Shown: positions 1-10,420, numbered from the stretch's first letter. The stretch is DNA of 64,000 nt from Gammaproteobacteria bacterium (GCA_028821125.1 JAPPHD010000071.1:3837-67836), one strand, 5' to 3'. Notes: generated by a model not told the origin, from the sequence alone. Translations and numbers: made by a program.

Positions 1-1190
1 GCTTCGTCAACCGGATGCTGCTCGACGCCATCGAGCGGGGCGCGTCCGACATCCACTTCGAGCCCTATGCGTCGAGCTACCGGGTCCGGTTTCGCACCGA
101 CGGCATACTGCACGAAGCTTCGGCGCCCCCGGCCCAGCTCGGCAAACGCCTTGCCGCCCGGCTCAAGGTGATGTCGGCGCTCGACATCTCCGAGCGCCGG
201 ATTCCCCAGGACGGCCGCATCAAGATGAAGCTCTCGAGAACCCGCGCCATCGACTTCCGCGTGAACACGCTGCCGACGCTATGGGGCGAGAAGGTGGTGC
301 TGCGGGTGCTCGACCCCGACAGCACCCGCATGGGCATCGACAGCCTCGGCTTCGACGAGGCCCAGAAGGCGCTCTTCCTGGAGGCGCTGCAAAGCCCCCA
401 GGGAATGATTCTGGTCACCGGGCCCACCGGCAGCGGAAAGACGGTGACACTCTACTCCGGCCTCAACCTGCTCAACACGCCCGAGCGAAACATCGCAACG
501 GCGGAAGACCCGGTGGAAATCAACCTCGACGGCATCAACCAGGTCAACGTCAATCCGAAGGTGGGGCTCGATTTCGCCGCCGCGCTGCGTGCCTTCCTGC
601 GGCAGGACCCGGACGTGGTGATGGTCGGCGAGATCCGCGACATCGAAACCGCGGAGATCGCCGTCAAGGCGGCGCAAACGGGCCATCTCGTTCTTTCCAC
701 CCTGCATACCAACTCCGCCGCCGCCACGCTCTCGCGCCTGCGCAACATGGGAATCCCCGCGTTCAACCTTGCGACTTCGGTCGACCTGATCGTCGCCCAG
801 CGCCTTGCCCGGCGACTGTGCACACACTGTCGGCGGGAAGCGGCACTGCCCACCGAGACGCTGCTCGCGGAAGGGTTCACGGCCGGCGAAGTCTCCGCGG
901 GATTCCGCCTCCATCAACCCGGCGAAGGCGGCTGCGAAGCCTGCAACAACGGCTATCGGGGGCGGGTGGGCATCTATGAGGTGGTAAAGGTCACTCCGTC
1001 GCTGGCCCGGCTGATCATGAAGGAAGCCGATGCCCTGCAGTTGGCCGGGCAGGCAGGGGCCGAAGGCTTCCGGAACCTGAGACGCTCCGCGCTCGACAAA
1101 GCCCTGGCCGGGGTGACGAGCCTCGCCGAGGTCAACCGGGTCACCACCGCCGATCAATCCGGCAACGAATCGCTGGCGGGGCGCGCGTGA
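1..1190 (+). CDS. pilB: Type IV pilus assembly ATPase PilB (GspE family), N-terminus cut by the window edge
   Basis: ORF 15..1190, with the frame open to nt 1 (..[22 protein letters not shown]..). Walker [21 protein letters not shown], and C-terminal CTHC..CEAC tetracysteine. Followed by pilC and pilD. Confidence 0.92.
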   Translation, partial: FVNRMLLDAIERGASDIHFEPYASSYRVRFRTDGILHEASAPPAQLGKRLAARLKVMSALDISERRIPQDGRIKMKLSRTRAIDFRVNTLPTLWGEKVVLRVLDPDSTRMGIDSLGFDEAQKALFLEALQSPQGMILVTGPTGSGKTVTLYSGLNLLNTPERNIATAEDPVEINLDGINQVNVNPKVGLDFAAALRAFLRQDPDVVMVGEIRDIETAEIAVKAAQTGHLVLSTLHTNSAAATLSRLRNMGIPAFNLATSVDLIVAQRLARRLCTHCRREAALPTETLLAEGFTAGEVSAGFRLHQPGEGGCEACNNGYRGRVGIYEVVKVTPSLARLIMKEADALQLAGQAGAEGFRNLRRSALDKALAGVTSLAEVNRVTTADQSGNESLAGRA

Positions 1191-2263
1191 GCCGTCTATC
1201 CATCCGGCTCGGCGGCAGCGGCAAGCCCAAACCCGCCGACATCGCGCTGTTCACCCGGCAGATGGCGACCATGCTGCGCGCCGGCGTGCCCCTGGTACAG
1301 GCGTTCGACATCGTCGCCGACGGCTTTGACAGGCCCGCCGTTGCCGACCTCATTCGCGCCGTACGCGCCGAAGTGTCCTCCGGAGCCAGCCTGGCGGATG
1401 CGTTGCGCGCCCATCCGCGTACCTTCGATGCCCTGTACTGCAGTCTCGTGCACGCCGGCGAGCAGGCCGGGGCCCTGGAAACCATGCTCGACCGGGTGGC
1501 CACCTACCAGGAGAAAACCCAGTCGCTGAAGGCGCGGGTGCGCAAGGCACTGACCTATCCGGCCGCCGTTATAATAGTGGCCCTTGTGGTGAGCGGTGTC
1601 CTGCTGATCGAGGTCGTGCCGCAGTTTCAGGAAATCTTCTCCGGGTTCGGCGCAGACCTGCCCCCCTTCACCCTGTTCGTCATCGGCATCTCCGAGGTGT
1701 TGCAGAACTGGTGGCCGCTGGCCTGCCTGGGTCCCGTCGCGGCGGTCGCCGGGCTGGTCGCGGCACGACGCCGATCGCCCGGGTTCCGGAAAATCTGCGA
1801 CCGGCTGGCGCTGAAACTCCCGGTTCTGGGCGGCATCGTGGAAAAATCGGCGGTGGCCCGCTACGCCCGCACGCTGGCCACCACCTTCGCCGCCGGCGTA
1901 CCCCTGATGGATGCGCTCCGGTCCGCCTCGGGCGCCACGGGCAACACGGTTTACCAGCAGGCGGTGGCCGGCCTGCGGGACAGCGTCTCCACCGGTCAGC
2001 CGCTGTACGTCTCAATGCGCAGGTCGGGCGTTTTCCCCAACATGGTGGTGCAGATGGTCGCCGTGGGCGAGGAAGCCGGCGCCCTGGACGACATGCTGGC
2101 CAAGTCCGCCGCCTACTACGAGGAGCAGGTGGACAACGCCGTAGACAACCTGACATCGCTCATGGAACCGATGATCATGGCGATACTCGGCATACTGGTG
2201 GGAGGGCTCGTGGTCGCCATGTACCTGCCGATCTTCCAGCTCGGAACCGTCGTCTCCGGGTGA
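1187..2263 (+). CDS. pilC: Type IV pilus inner-membrane platform protein PilC (GspF family)
   Basis: ORF 1187..2263. GTG start overlaps the pilB stop (GTGA). Conserved [18 protein letters not shown] and [17 protein letters not shown] repeats and TM segments. From memory, the N-terminus is about 45 aa shorter than P. aeruginosa PilC. Confidence 0.9.
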   Translation: MSRLSIRLGGSGKPKPADIALFTRQMATMLRAGVPLVQAFDIVADGFDRPAVADLIRAVRAEVSSGASLADALRAHPRTFDALYCSLVHAGEQAGALETMLDRVATYQEKTQSLKARVRKALTYPAAVIIVALVVSGVLLIEVVPQFQEIFSGFGADLPPFTLFVIGISEVLQNWWPLACLGPVAAVAGLVAARRRSPGFRKICDRLALKLPVLGGIVEKSAVARYARTLATTFAAGVPLMDALRSASGATGNTVYQQAVAGLRDSVSTGQPLYVSMRRSGVFPNMVVQMVAVGEEAGALDDMLAKSAAYYEEQVDNAVDNLTSLMEPMIMAILGILVGGLVVAMYLPIFQLGTVVSG

Positions 2264-2377
2264 GCAGGGCATGAGCGCACCACTACCCAATCCATACGGG
2301 GTTCGGGCGGCGGGCTCGGGGCCACGCATCGTTCGTCCCCGGTCCGTACCCGTCACCCTGACGGCTCAATTGACACG

Positions 2378-3247
2378 ATGAATCCGAATTCGCTCCTGAT
2401 GCACGGATGGGCCGGCCCGCTGCTGCTTGCGCTGGTCGGCCTGATCGTCGGCAGTTTCCTGAACGTGGTGATTTACCGGCTGCCGCTCATGCTCGACCGG
2501 GAGTGGCGGCGCCAGGCCCGGGAGCAACTGGGCGCGCAAGATAGGGCCGAGCCGGCGGAAGAAGACACGCCGCAACTCAACCTGTTCCTGCCCGGGTCGC
2601 ATTGCCCGGCCTGCGGATACGGCATCAGGGCCGTCGAGAACATCCCCATCGTCAGTTGGCTGGCCCTGCGGGGGCTCTGCTCGAACTGCGGAACGGCCAT
2701 CTCCCCGCGCTACCCGGTGGTGGAAGCCGTCACCGCCTGTGCGGTGCTCGCCTGTGTCGCCGCATTCGGCTGGGCCTGGCCGGCCATCGCCGCCGCGGGC
2801 TTCAGTTGCGTCCTCATCGCGCTGGCCGGCATCGATTTCGACACCCGGCTGCTGCCCGACCAGTTGACGTTGCCGCTCTTGTGGGCCGGCCTGCTCGCCA
2901 ACGCTTTCGGCGGCTTCACCGACCTCACCTCGGCGGTATTGGGGGCGGCGGCCGCCTACCTGTTCCTGTGGGCGGTTTACTGGATATTCAAGTGGCTCAC
3001 GGGCAAGGAAGGGATGGGATACGGCGACTTCAAGCTGTTCGCTGCCATCGGCGCCTGGCTCGGCTGGACGGCGCTACCCGCGGTTATCCTTGCCGCCGCC
3101 GCCATCGGGCTCGCCTTCGCGCTGGTGTCGATTCTGTACAAGCGGCGAACCCGCCAGGAACCTCTGCCCTTCGGCCCGTTCCTGGCCATCGCCGGCTGGT
3201 TTGCCCTGATGTTTCGCGAGTCCGGGATGAGCGCTTTGCCCTTGTAA
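2378..3247 (+). CDS. pilD: Prepilin peptidase / N-methyltransferase PilD
   Basis: ORF 2378..3247. CPACG..CSNCG zinc-binding motif, polytopic membrane protein, GMGYGDFKL aspartyl-protease motif. Confidence 0.92.
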   Translation: MNPNSLLMHGWAGPLLLALVGLIVGSFLNVVIYRLPLMLDREWRRQAREQLGAQDRAEPAEEDTPQLNLFLPGSHCPACGYGIRAVENIPIVSWLALRGLCSNCGTAISPRYPVVEAVTACAVLACVAAFGWAWPAIAAAGFSCVLIALAGIDFDTRLLPDQLTLPLLWAGLLANAFGGFTDLTSAVLGAAAAYLFLWAVYWIFKWLTGKEGMGYGDFKLFAAIGAWLGWTALPAVILAAAAIGLAFALVSILYKRRTRQEPLPFGPFLAIAGWFALMFRESGMSALPL

Positions 3248-3381
3248 CCCGCATCCGTCACCAGTTTTCCTCGCAAGGGCGTCGAAGCGCCGTCCTGCGT
3301 GGCCGCCGGCAGGCCGGGTACGCAGCCGGTCCACGGGAGCATCGGGGCAGGCGGGCGGGGCAAACGGCCTGGCCATCTCGG

Positions 3382-4605
3382 TCAGGTACGATACTCCGCG
3401 TTGATGCGTACGTATTCGTATGACAGGTCGGTGGTCCAGACCGCGTCGCTGCAGGCGCCGCGACCGAGATCGATATCGACGGTGAATTCGTCCCGTTCCA
3501 TGACCTTCGCGGCGGAAGCTTCGTCGTAGTCGTCCGCCACAAGGCCGCCCCGCGCAATGACCACCTCGTCGAGGGCCAGCGAAACGGCATCCGGATCCAG
3601 GTCCTCGATGCCGGCGCGGCCGATCGCCATGCAGAAGCGCCCCCAGTTGGGGTCGCCCGCGAAGAGCGCGGTCTTGACGAGCGGCGATTCCGCCACGGTA
3701 TAGGCGACCTTCACGCATTCCGATTCCGTAGCGCCGCCCCGTACACGCACGGTCACGAAACGCGTGGCGCCCTCGCCGTCCCGCACCAGGCGTTCGGCCA
3801 GCGCCCGCGCCACCGCAAGAATCCCCGATTTCAGCGCCTCGAAAGCCGGGCCCGATCCGGTGATCTCCGCATTGCCCGCCTGCCCCGTCGCACACACCAC
3901 AAAGGAATCGTTGGTGGACGTGTCGCCGTCGACGGTCACGCGGTTGAACGAGCGGTCCGCCACCTGCGCGGTCATCTCCTGCAACACCGGCCCGGCAATG
4001 GCGGCATCGCAGCACAGGAAGGCCAGCATGGTCGCCATGTCGGGCTTGATCATTCCCGAACCCTTGGCGATGCCCGTTATCGTTACGGATTTACCGCCCA
4101 CCTCGATGCGCGCGCTCTCGCCCTTCGGCGCGGTATCGGTGGTCATGATCGCGCGCGCCGCATCCTTCCAGCCGGCGGGCGACAGTTTCGGCACCGCCCG
4201 CTCGATCGCCGGGCGCATCGCATCCACAGGCAGCCGTTCGCCGATGACACCGGTGGAGAACGGCAACACGGACTCGCCCCGGCAATCCCCACCCAGGCAC
4301 CGCGCGAGATGCCCGCAAAGAACCGCCGCATCCTCGCGCCCCCCCGCACCGGTGGCGGCATTGGCGTTGCCGCTGTTGATCAAAAGGGCGCGAAGATTCC
4401 CAAACCGGATGCGTTCTTCCGCCAGGATCACCGGGGGTGCGCGAAACGCGTTCCGCGTGAACACACCCGCCACCGCCGATTCCCGGGCAAGCTCGATCAC
4501 CGCCAGGTCGTCGCGCCGCCGCTGCTTGATGCCGGCGCAGGCGGTGGCCAGACGTACCCCGGCAACCGGAGCCAACTCGCCGAGCGGCGGAAGATTCACC
4601 GCCAT
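3382..4605 (-). CDS. argJ: Bifunctional ornithine acetyltransferase / N-acetylglutamate synthase ArgJ
   Basis: C-terminal 407 codons of ORF 3382..4824. Start taken at MAVNLPPLGEL (ATG at 4605). Contains the self-cleavage region PDMATMLAFL. The upstream 73 codons look like GC-rich read-through. Confidence 0.9.
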   Translation of the reverse strand: MAVNLPPLGELAPVAGVRLATACAGIKQRRRDDLAVIELARESAVAGVFTRNAFRAPPVILAEERIRFGNLRALLINSGNANAATGAGGREDAAVLCGHLARCLGGDCRGESVLPFSTGVIGERLPVDAMRPAIERAVPKLSPAGWKDAARAIMTTDTAPKGESARIEVGGKSVTITGIAKGSGMIKPDMATMLAFLCCDAAIAGPVLQEMTAQVADRSFNRVTVDGDTSTNDSFVVCATGQAGNAEITGSGPAFEALKSGILAVARALAERLVRDGEGATRFVTVRVRGGATESECVKVAYTVAESPLVKTALFAGDPNWGRFCMAIGRAGIEDLDPDAVSLALDEVVIARGGLVADDYDEASAAKVMERDEFTVDIDLGRGACSDAVWTTDLSYEYVRINAEYRT

Positions 4606-4708
4606 GAACACCTCCGATTCGTTCGCTGGCTGCCAGGAGCACCGGCTGCCGAACCCGCTCCCGTTCGATGCCGCCCGCAGCCGGGAACGCCGGCGGCAAC
4701 GGCCGGAT

Positions 4709-7471
4709 TCAGGCCGCCTTGCCGTGGCAGTGCTTGTACTTCCGCCCCGACCCGCAGGGACAGGGCTCGTTGCGGCCGACCTTGCGTTCGCTGCGCACGA
4801 ACGGCACCGCCTTGGCCGGCGCACCGTCGCTGGCCGCCGCGCCGTCTCCAGTACGCTGCGCGCCGGCCGGGCCCATGGCCGACGCTTCGGCGTGGGAGTA
4901 GCGCATGCGTTTCTCGGCCTCTTCCCGGCGCCGCCGCTCCGCCTCGTCCACGGCGCCCGGCGTCTCGATCTGCACCCGCGACAACAGCTTCACCACATCG
5001 CGCTTGATGTTGAAGAGCAGGTCCTGGAACAGCTCGAACGACTCGCGCTTGTACTCCTGTTTCGGCTGTTTCTGCGCATAGGCCCGCAGGTGGATGCTCT
5101 GGCGCAGGTAGTCCATGGCGGCCAGGTGCTCCTTCCACCGCTGGTCGAGTATCTGCAGCATGATCTGCTTCTCCACCAGCCGCACGTCGACGCCCTCGCT
5201 CCTCCAGAGCGAGTCCTTCCTTTCGTATTCCTCCTCCACCTGCGCGAGTATCCGCTCGCCCAGGCTCTCCTCGTTGAGCGAGTCGTCGTCGTCCAGCCAC
5301 CTGCGCACGGGCTGGGAGCTGGCGAATTCCGTGGCGAGCGCCTGCTCCAGGCCTTCCACATCCCATTGCTCTTCCACGCTCTGGGGCGGTACGTACTGGC
5401 TCACCGCATCGAGCACCACCTCCTCGCGGATGGCGGCCAGGGTGTCGACGATGTCGTCGGCGGCCATCAGGTCGCGGCGCTGCTGGTAGATCACCTGGCG
5501 CTGGTCGTTGGAGACATCGTCGAATTCCAGCAGGTTCTTGCGGATGTCGAAGTTGCGGCCCTCCACCTTGCGCTGGGCGCGCTCGATGGCGTTGTTCACC
5601 ACCCGGTGCTCGATGGCCTCGCCCTCTTCCATGCCGATGCCCTGCATGAAGCGGCGCATCCGGTCCGAGGCGAAGATGCGCAGCAGGTTGTCTTCGACGG
5701 AGAGGAAGAAGCGCGAGGAGCCCGGGTCTCCCTGGCGGCCCGACCGCCCCCTGAGCTGGTTGTCGATGCGCCGGCTCTCGTGGCGCTCGGTGCCGACGAT
5801 GTGCAGGCCGCCCGCCTCCACCACCCGGTTGTGGCGTTCCCGCCAATCCTCCTTCACGGCCCGGATACGGTCTTCGGAAGGGTCGTCGAGCGCGGCGATC
5901 TCGGCCTCCCAGTTTCCGCCCAGAACGATGTCCGTGCCCCGGCCCGCCATGTTGGTGGCTATGGTCACCGTACCCGGACGCCCGGCCTGGGCAACGATGT
6001 CGGCCTCCCGCTCGTGCTGCTTGGCGTTCAGTACGTTGTGGGAAATCTTGCGCCGCTTCAGTTCCGCCGAAAGGCGTTCCGAAGAGTCGATGGAGGCCGT
6101 GCCCACCAGCACGGGCTGCCCGCGCTCCATGCAATCGGTGATGTCCTCCACGATGGCGTCGTACTTCTCGTCGATGGTGAGGTAGACCAGGTCGTTGTGG
6201 TCCTCCCGGATCATCTTCATGTGCGTGGGAATGACCACCACGTCCAGGTTGTAGATCTGGCGGAACTCGAACGCTTCCGTATCCGCCGTGCCGGTCATGC
6301 CGGCCAGCTTCTCGAACAGGCGGAAGTAGTTCTGGAAGGTGGTGGAGGCGAGCGTCTGGCTTTCGTTCTGAATCGCCACCCCTTCCTTGGCCTCGACGGC
6401 CTGGTGAATGCCTTCGGACCAGCGCCGCCCCGGCATGGCGCGCCCGGTATGCTCATCGACGATGACCACCTCGCCGTTGGCAACCATGTAGTCGACGTCC
6501 CGCTTGAAGAGCGCGTGGGCCTTCATGGCGGCCTGCAGGTGGTGCAGCAGGTTGAGGTTGGTCGCCGAATAGAGGCTGTCGTGCTCATCGAGCAGGCCCA
6601 TCCGGACGAGCTGCCCTTCGACAAGGGCGTGACCCCGCTCGGTCAGCTCCACCTGGCGGTTCTTCTCGTCGACGATGAAGTCGCCCTCTTTTTCCGGCGG
6701 CGCATCCGGCCCGACGCCGGGAATCTCCCGTTTCAGCCTGAGCGCCAGCCGGTTGGTCTGCTTGTAGAGTTCGGTGCTCTGCTCGGCGGGCCCGGAAATG
6801 ATCAGCGGCGTGCGCGCTTCGTCGATCAGTATCGAGTCGACTTCATCGACGATGGCGTAGTGGAGATCCCCCTGAAACTTGTCCTCCAGGGTGAACGCCA
6901 TGTTGTCGCGCAGGTAGTCGAAGCCGAATTCGTTGTTCGTGCCGTAGGTGACGTCCGCCTGGTAGGCGTCGCGCTTCTCCTGCGGATTCTGCCCCGACTG
7001 GATCACACCCACCGAAAGGCCGAGCGCCCGGTAGATCGGGCCCATCCAGGCGGCATCCCGGCGGGCGAGGTAGTCGTTCACCGTGACGATATGGACGCCG
7101 CGGCCGCCCAGGGCGTTGAGATAGGCCGGCAGCGTGGCAACGAGGGTCTTGCCCTCGCCGGTACGCATCTCGGCGATGCGGCCCTCGTGCAGGGTGATGC
7201 CGCCGATGAGCTGCACGTCGAAATGGCGCATGTCCTTGCTGCGCCGGGCCGCTTCGCGCACCGCGGCGAAGGCTTCGGGCAGCAGGCCGTCGAGGCTCTC
7301 GCCGCCCTCGTGGCGTTCGCGCAGCGTGGCGGTGAAGGCTTCGAGTTCCGCATCCCGCATCGCCTCGAAGCGGGGCTCGAGCGCGTTGATGCGGGTAACC
7401 ACGCGGCCCATGCGCTGCAGTTCGCGGTTGTTCTTGGTTCCGAATACGGCTTGGATCATCTTTCCAAACAC
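4709..7471 (-). CDS. secA: Preprotein translocase ATPase SecA
   Basis: ORF 4709..7495. [24 protein letters not shown]-like [20 protein letters not shown]-terminal zinc motif [17 protein letters not shown] at 7471 gives an N-terminus of the same length as E. coli and Pseudomonas SecA. Alternatives are ATG 7459 and TTG 7495. Confidence 0.93.
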   Translation of the reverse strand: MFGKMIQAVFGTKNNRELQRMGRVVTRINALEPRFEAMRDAELEAFTATLRERHEGGESLDGLLPEAFAAVREAARRSKDMRHFDVQLIGGITLHEGRIAEMRTGEGKTLVATLPAYLNALGGRGVHIVTVNDYLARRDAAWMGPIYRALGLSVGVIQSGQNPQEKRDAYQADVTYGTNNEFGFDYLRDNMAFTLEDKFQGDLHYAIVDEVDSILIDEARTPLIISGPAEQSTELYKQTNRLALRLKREIPGVGPDAPPEKEGDFIVDEKNRQVELTERGHALVEGQLVRMGLLDEHDSLYSATNLNLLHHLQAAMKAHALFKRDVDYMVANGEVVIVDEHTGRAMPGRRWSEGIHQAVEAKEGVAIQNESQTLASTTFQNYFRLFEKLAGMTGTADTEAFEFRQIYNLDVVVIPTHMKMIREDHNDLVYLTIDEKYDAIVEDITDCMERGQPVLVGTASIDSSERLSAELKRRKISHNVLNAKQHEREADIVAQAGRPGTVTIATNMAGRGTDIVLGGNWEAEIAALDDPSEDRIRAVKEDWRERHNRVVEAGGLHIVGTERHESRRIDNQLRGRSGRQGDPGSSRFFLSVEDNLLRIFASDRMRRFMQGIGMEEGEAIEHRVVNNAIERAQRKVEGRNFDIRKNLLEFDDVSNDQRQVIYQQRRDLMAADDIVDTLAAIREEVVLDAVSQYVPPQSVEEQWDVEGLEQALATEFASSQPVRRWLDDDDSLNEESLGERILAQVEEEYERKDSLWRSEGVDVRLVEKQIMLQILDQRWKEHLAAMDYLRQSIHLRAYAQKQPKQEYKRESFELFQDLLFNIKRDVVKLLSRVQIETPGAVDEAERRRREEAEKRMRYSHAEASAMGPAGAQRTGDGAAASDGAPAKAVPFVRSERKVGRNEPCPCGSGRKYKHCHGKAA

Positions 7472-7611
7472 GGAGGCCCGCCCGACTGTCGGCAAAAGCG
7501 GAATTTTAACGCGTTTTCGGCTCGATTAGCCCGCCCGCCGGCGCCTGTGCCGGGATCGGTTCGCCCCTGCGCCCTGGTCGGGCCCGAACTCCCGAAGCGG
7601 AAAGACGGGTC

Positions 7612-8526
7612 TTACGAACTCCGCCGGGCGACGTAAGTGGCGGGATTGACGTGGCGGCCGTTCTTGAGCACCTCGACATGCACATGGGGGCCGGTGGAAC
7701 GCCCCGTGGAACCGAGCTTGCCGAGGGCGTCCCCACGCCTGACGATGTCGCCCTGCCCGACCCTGAGTTCGCTCTGATGCGCGTAGCGGGTGACATACCC
7801 GTCACCGTGCTCGATTTCGACCATGTTGCCGTACCCCTCCCGCCGTCCGGCATAGACGACGACGCCCGCCGCGATCGCGATGACATCGGACCCCCTGCGC
7901 CCGGCGACATCGATACCGGTATGCCAGGCCATCCTGCCGCTGATGGGGTCGACGCGCCGGCCGTAGGGCGAGGAAATCCAGCCCCGCTCCACCGGCCAGC
8001 CGGCCAGCCGGGCCGATTCCCAGTACTCCTGGGTACCGAGTACCGCTTCCAGCACTTCAAGCTCGTCCTCCCGGTCGCGGATATCCACGGCCAGGGCGTC
8101 CAGCCCCGCCCGCAGGTCGGGAGACTCGAGGAAGCTGTCGCAACTGCCCGCCGGCCCACCCTGGGGAGCGGGCAGGTCGAATCCGAATTCACCCAGCGGA
8201 ATACGGGCCACATCGGCAACCTGAACGCCCAGCGCTTCCATGCGCCACAGGCGGGCCTGCATCTGGGCGAGCTGGCGGCCCACCGCCCCGCTTTCCGCCA
8301 TGGCCCGGTCCTCCAGATCCCGCACGCGGGCATCCTGGTCGGCCAGCCGCTCCCGCCACTGGTCGATCATTCCCGGAATCATGAACTGGCTGGTGACCAG
8401 CGGGTAAAGGACGGTGCTCAGTACGCCCGCGACCCCCAGAACCAGGCAAACCGCACCCAGCATTACCCGCCATCCCGCCTGGATGGAGCGGGCCTTGCCG
8501 CCTTGCCTGACCAGTACGATCTTCAC
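7612..8526 (-). CDS. M23 family metallopeptidase (murein DD-endopeptidase-like) with N-terminal membrane anchor and coiled coil
   Basis: ORF 7612..8526. HTGIDV and GPHVHVEV zinc-ligand motifs, plus SSPYGRRVDPISG. An M23 peptidase gene lies next to secA in Pseudomonas as well. Confidence 0.85.
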   Translation of the reverse strand: MKIVLVRQGGKARSIQAGWRVMLGAVCLVLGVAGVLSTVLYPLVTSQFMIPGMIDQWRERLADQDARVRDLEDRAMAESGAVGRQLAQMQARLWRMEALGVQVADVARIPLGEFGFDLPAPQGGPAGSCDSFLESPDLRAGLDALAVDIRDREDELEVLEAVLGTQEYWESARLAGWPVERGWISSPYGRRVDPISGRMAWHTGIDVAGRRGSDVIAIAAGVVVYAGRREGYGNMVEIEHGDGYVTRYAHQSELRVGQGDIVRRGDALGKLGSTGRSTGPHVHVEVLKNGRHVNPATYVARRSS

Positions 8527-8669
8527 TGCCGCCAGGCCGCTATACGGAATCTGCTTGTTGGTCGAGTCGGTCGGTCACGCTTCCCCATCCACTTCCTCAG
8601 CGTGACCGGGCATTCTCCCCGCGGATCAACGTCGAATCAAGTTCGGCAATATTCGGTACCATTCCCGTC

Positions 8670-8987
8670 ATGAAGATCCGGGAGCTGCTTACGCCCCATC
8701 GGCGCCGATTCACACCCCTGCAGAAACTGCTCGACCAGGCAGACCGCCAGAAGGCCTGGACGAGGGAACTCAGGGCCGTGCTGCCCGACGGTCTTGGCGG
8801 CTCGTGCCGTGTCGCAGGAATCAAGGGCGACACGCTGGTCGTCGTCTGTGCCGACGGTGCGGTGGCGACACGCGTGCGCTTCGAGGCGGCCGAGATCGTC
8901 GGGCAACTCAGGTCGCTGAGCCACTACCAGCGGGTCACGCGCCTGAAGGTCCGGGTCTCCCGGGGCGGCGGGTATTCCCAGGCGTAA
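8670..8987 (+). CDS. DUF721 (DciA-like) small protein
   Basis: ORF 8670..8987, 105 aa. The pattern ..GDTLVVVCADGAVATRVRFEAAEIVGQL.. is typical of DUF721. Same genomic neighbourhood (between secA/M23 and the ftsZ end of dcw) as in Pseudomonas. Confidence 0.7.
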   Translation: MKIRELLTPHRRRFTPLQKLLDQADRQKAWTRELRAVLPDGLGGSCRVAGIKGDTLVVVCADGAVATRVRFEAAEIVGQLRSLSHYQRVTRLKVRVSRGGGYSQA

Positions 8988-9040
8988 GCCGCCTCGAAAT
9001 CCCGGGGCGCTGACGCGCAGGGAACAGACGACCGCTGGGA

Positions 9041-9155
9041 GAGAGTAGGTGTGCGGTACATGTATCCGGCACCTTTAAAGCACCCTTGCGCCCTTGAATT
9101 CCAAGACAACGCGTCCGCTTGGTGTGCCGGATACATGTACCGCATACCTGCTCTC
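9041..9155 (+). repeat. Family A hairpin repeat, copy A1 (32-nt arms, 51-nt loop)
   Basis: Left arm 9041-9072 is GAGAGTAGGTGTGCGGTACATGTATCCGGCAC. Right arm 9124-9155 is GTGCCGGATACATGTACCGCATACCTGCTCTC. Related copies lie at 40998-41110 and 44689-44894. Confidence 0.9.
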
Positions 9156-9185
9156 GGTGCCCGATCACAGCAATCTTTCGGTGCG

Positions 9186-9228
9186 TATGTTCCAAATATT
9201 ATATTTAAATCAATCGCTTGAGAATTTT
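9186..9228 (+). promoter_or_regulatory. AT-rich module with IHF core consensus (AATCAA-tcgc-TTG at 9208-9220) and -10-like TTAAAT
   Basis: TATGTTCCAAATATTATATTTAAATCAATCGCTTGAGAATTTT. Matches WATCAANNNNTTR. Paralogous modules lie at 23108-23147(-), 40887-40930 and 41129-41172. Confidence 0.45.
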
Positions 9229-9263
9229 CTCCATGCGAGGCACCCGCCAGCGCGGGACAGATT

Positions 9264-10406
9264 TCAATCCGCCTGCTTTCTGAGAAAGGCCGGTACGTCG
9301 AGCAGCCTCTCGTCGAACCTCTGATCTTCGGGGACGCCGCCCGCGCCCAACCTTGGCTGACGCCGCTCGTAGGCCGGCCGGTCGAGGTCCTCGTAGGATG
9401 CCCCGTCAAACTGCGCCCGTTTCGCCTGGGTGTTGTCCACCACCACGTTCGGCTTGACGGTGCCCAGGCCGGTCGCAACGATGGTCACGCGCAACTCGTC
9501 GCCCATCGTCGAGTCGATGACCGTACCCGCCACCACCCGGGCGTTCTCGGCGGCGAAGGCTTCGACCATCTTGCCGACGTCCTCGAACTCGCCGATGCTG
9601 AGATCGGGGCCGGCGCTGACATTCACCAGAATGCCGCGCGCGCCCTGCAGGTCGACGTCTTCCAGCAGGGGGCTGCGTATGGCGGCATCCGCCGCATCGC
9701 AGGCCCGGTTGTCCCCGCTGGCCGTGCCCGTACCCATCATGGCCATGCCCATTTCCGCCATCACCGTTTTTACATCGGCGAAGTCGACGTTGATCAGGCC
9801 CGGCCGGGTGATGAGTTCCGCAATTCCCTGCACGGCGCCGAGCAGCACGTCGTTCGCCGCGGCAAAGGCGTTGAGCATGCTCGTGCGTTCGCCGAGCACC
9901 GCCAGCAACCGCTGGTTGGGGATGGTGATCAGCGAGTCCACGCACTCGGCGAGTTCGGCGAGGCCGCTCTCCGCCACCTCGTCGCGCCGCTCGAACTTGA
10001 AGGGCCGCGTGACGATGGCAACGGTCAGGATGTCCATCTCCTTGGCGGTGCGCGCAACCACGGGCGCAGCGCCGGTGCCGGTGCCGCCGCCCATGCCGGC
10101 GGTCACGAACACCATGTCGGCGCCGGCGAGAAGCTCCATGATGCGTTCGCGGTCCTCGAGGGCCGCCTCGCGGCCGATGGCGGGATTGGCGCCGGCCCCG
10201 AGACCCCGGGTGATGGAACTGCCCAACTGGAGAATCATCGGAGCGTCCAGGTTCTTCAATGCCTGGGCATCGGTGTTGGCGGCGATGAAGTCGACGCCCT
10301 CGATCTTCGTTTTCAGCATGTGCTGGACCGCGTTGCCGCCGCCGCCGCCAACGCCGAATACCTTGATAACGGCACTCTGGGGCCCGCTGTCTACCAATTC
10401 GAACAT
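9264..10406 (-). CDS. ftsZ: Cell division GTPase FtsZ
   Basis: C-terminal 380 codons of ORF 9264..11132, starting at MFELVDSG (ATG 10406). GVGGGGGNAV and tubulin signature GGGTGTG. C-terminal DVPAFLRKQAD peptide. Confidence 0.95.
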   Translation of the reverse strand: MFELVDSGPQSAVIKVFGVGGGGGNAVQHMLKTKIEGVDFIAANTDAQALKNLDAPMILQLGSSITRGLGAGANPAIGREAALEDRERIMELLAGADMVFVTAGMGGGTGTGAAPVVARTAKEMDILTVAIVTRPFKFERRDEVAESGLAELAECVDSLITIPNQRLLAVLGERTSMLNAFAAANDVLLGAVQGIAELITRPGLINVDFADVKTVMAEMGMAMMGTGTASGDNRACDAADAAIRSPLLEDVDLQGARGILVNVSAGPDLSIGEFEDVGKMVEAFAAENARVVAGTVIDSTMGDELRVTIVATGLGTVKPNVVVDNTQAKRAQFDGASYEDLDRPAYERRQPRLGAGGVPEDQRFDERLLDVPAFLRKQAD

Positions 10407-10420
10407 GTGTGTGTCTCCTG

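Noticed and set aside
3764-7636. 1290-aa ORF on the plus strand
   Set aside because: It is entirely antisense to argJ and secA, which have unambiguous homology. The product is low-complexity and Arg/Ala/Pro/Gly-rich, as is typical of shadow ORFs in high-GC DNA. The same applies to 32325..35864 (antisense to zapE, hisD and murA), 12161..14023, 59934..61562, 61997..63790 and many others in the track.
9068-9085. Sigma-54 -24/-12-like motif (cGGCACctttaaaGCAc) at the arm-loop junction of family A copies A1 and A2
   Set aside because: The GG-N10-GC spacing fits, but the conserved T residues flanking the GC are missing. Copy A3 reads GGT instead of GCA. A1 points into the 3' end of ftsZ with no gene to drive. 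The motif lies inside a strong stem-loop. It is more likely a by-product of the repeat sequence.
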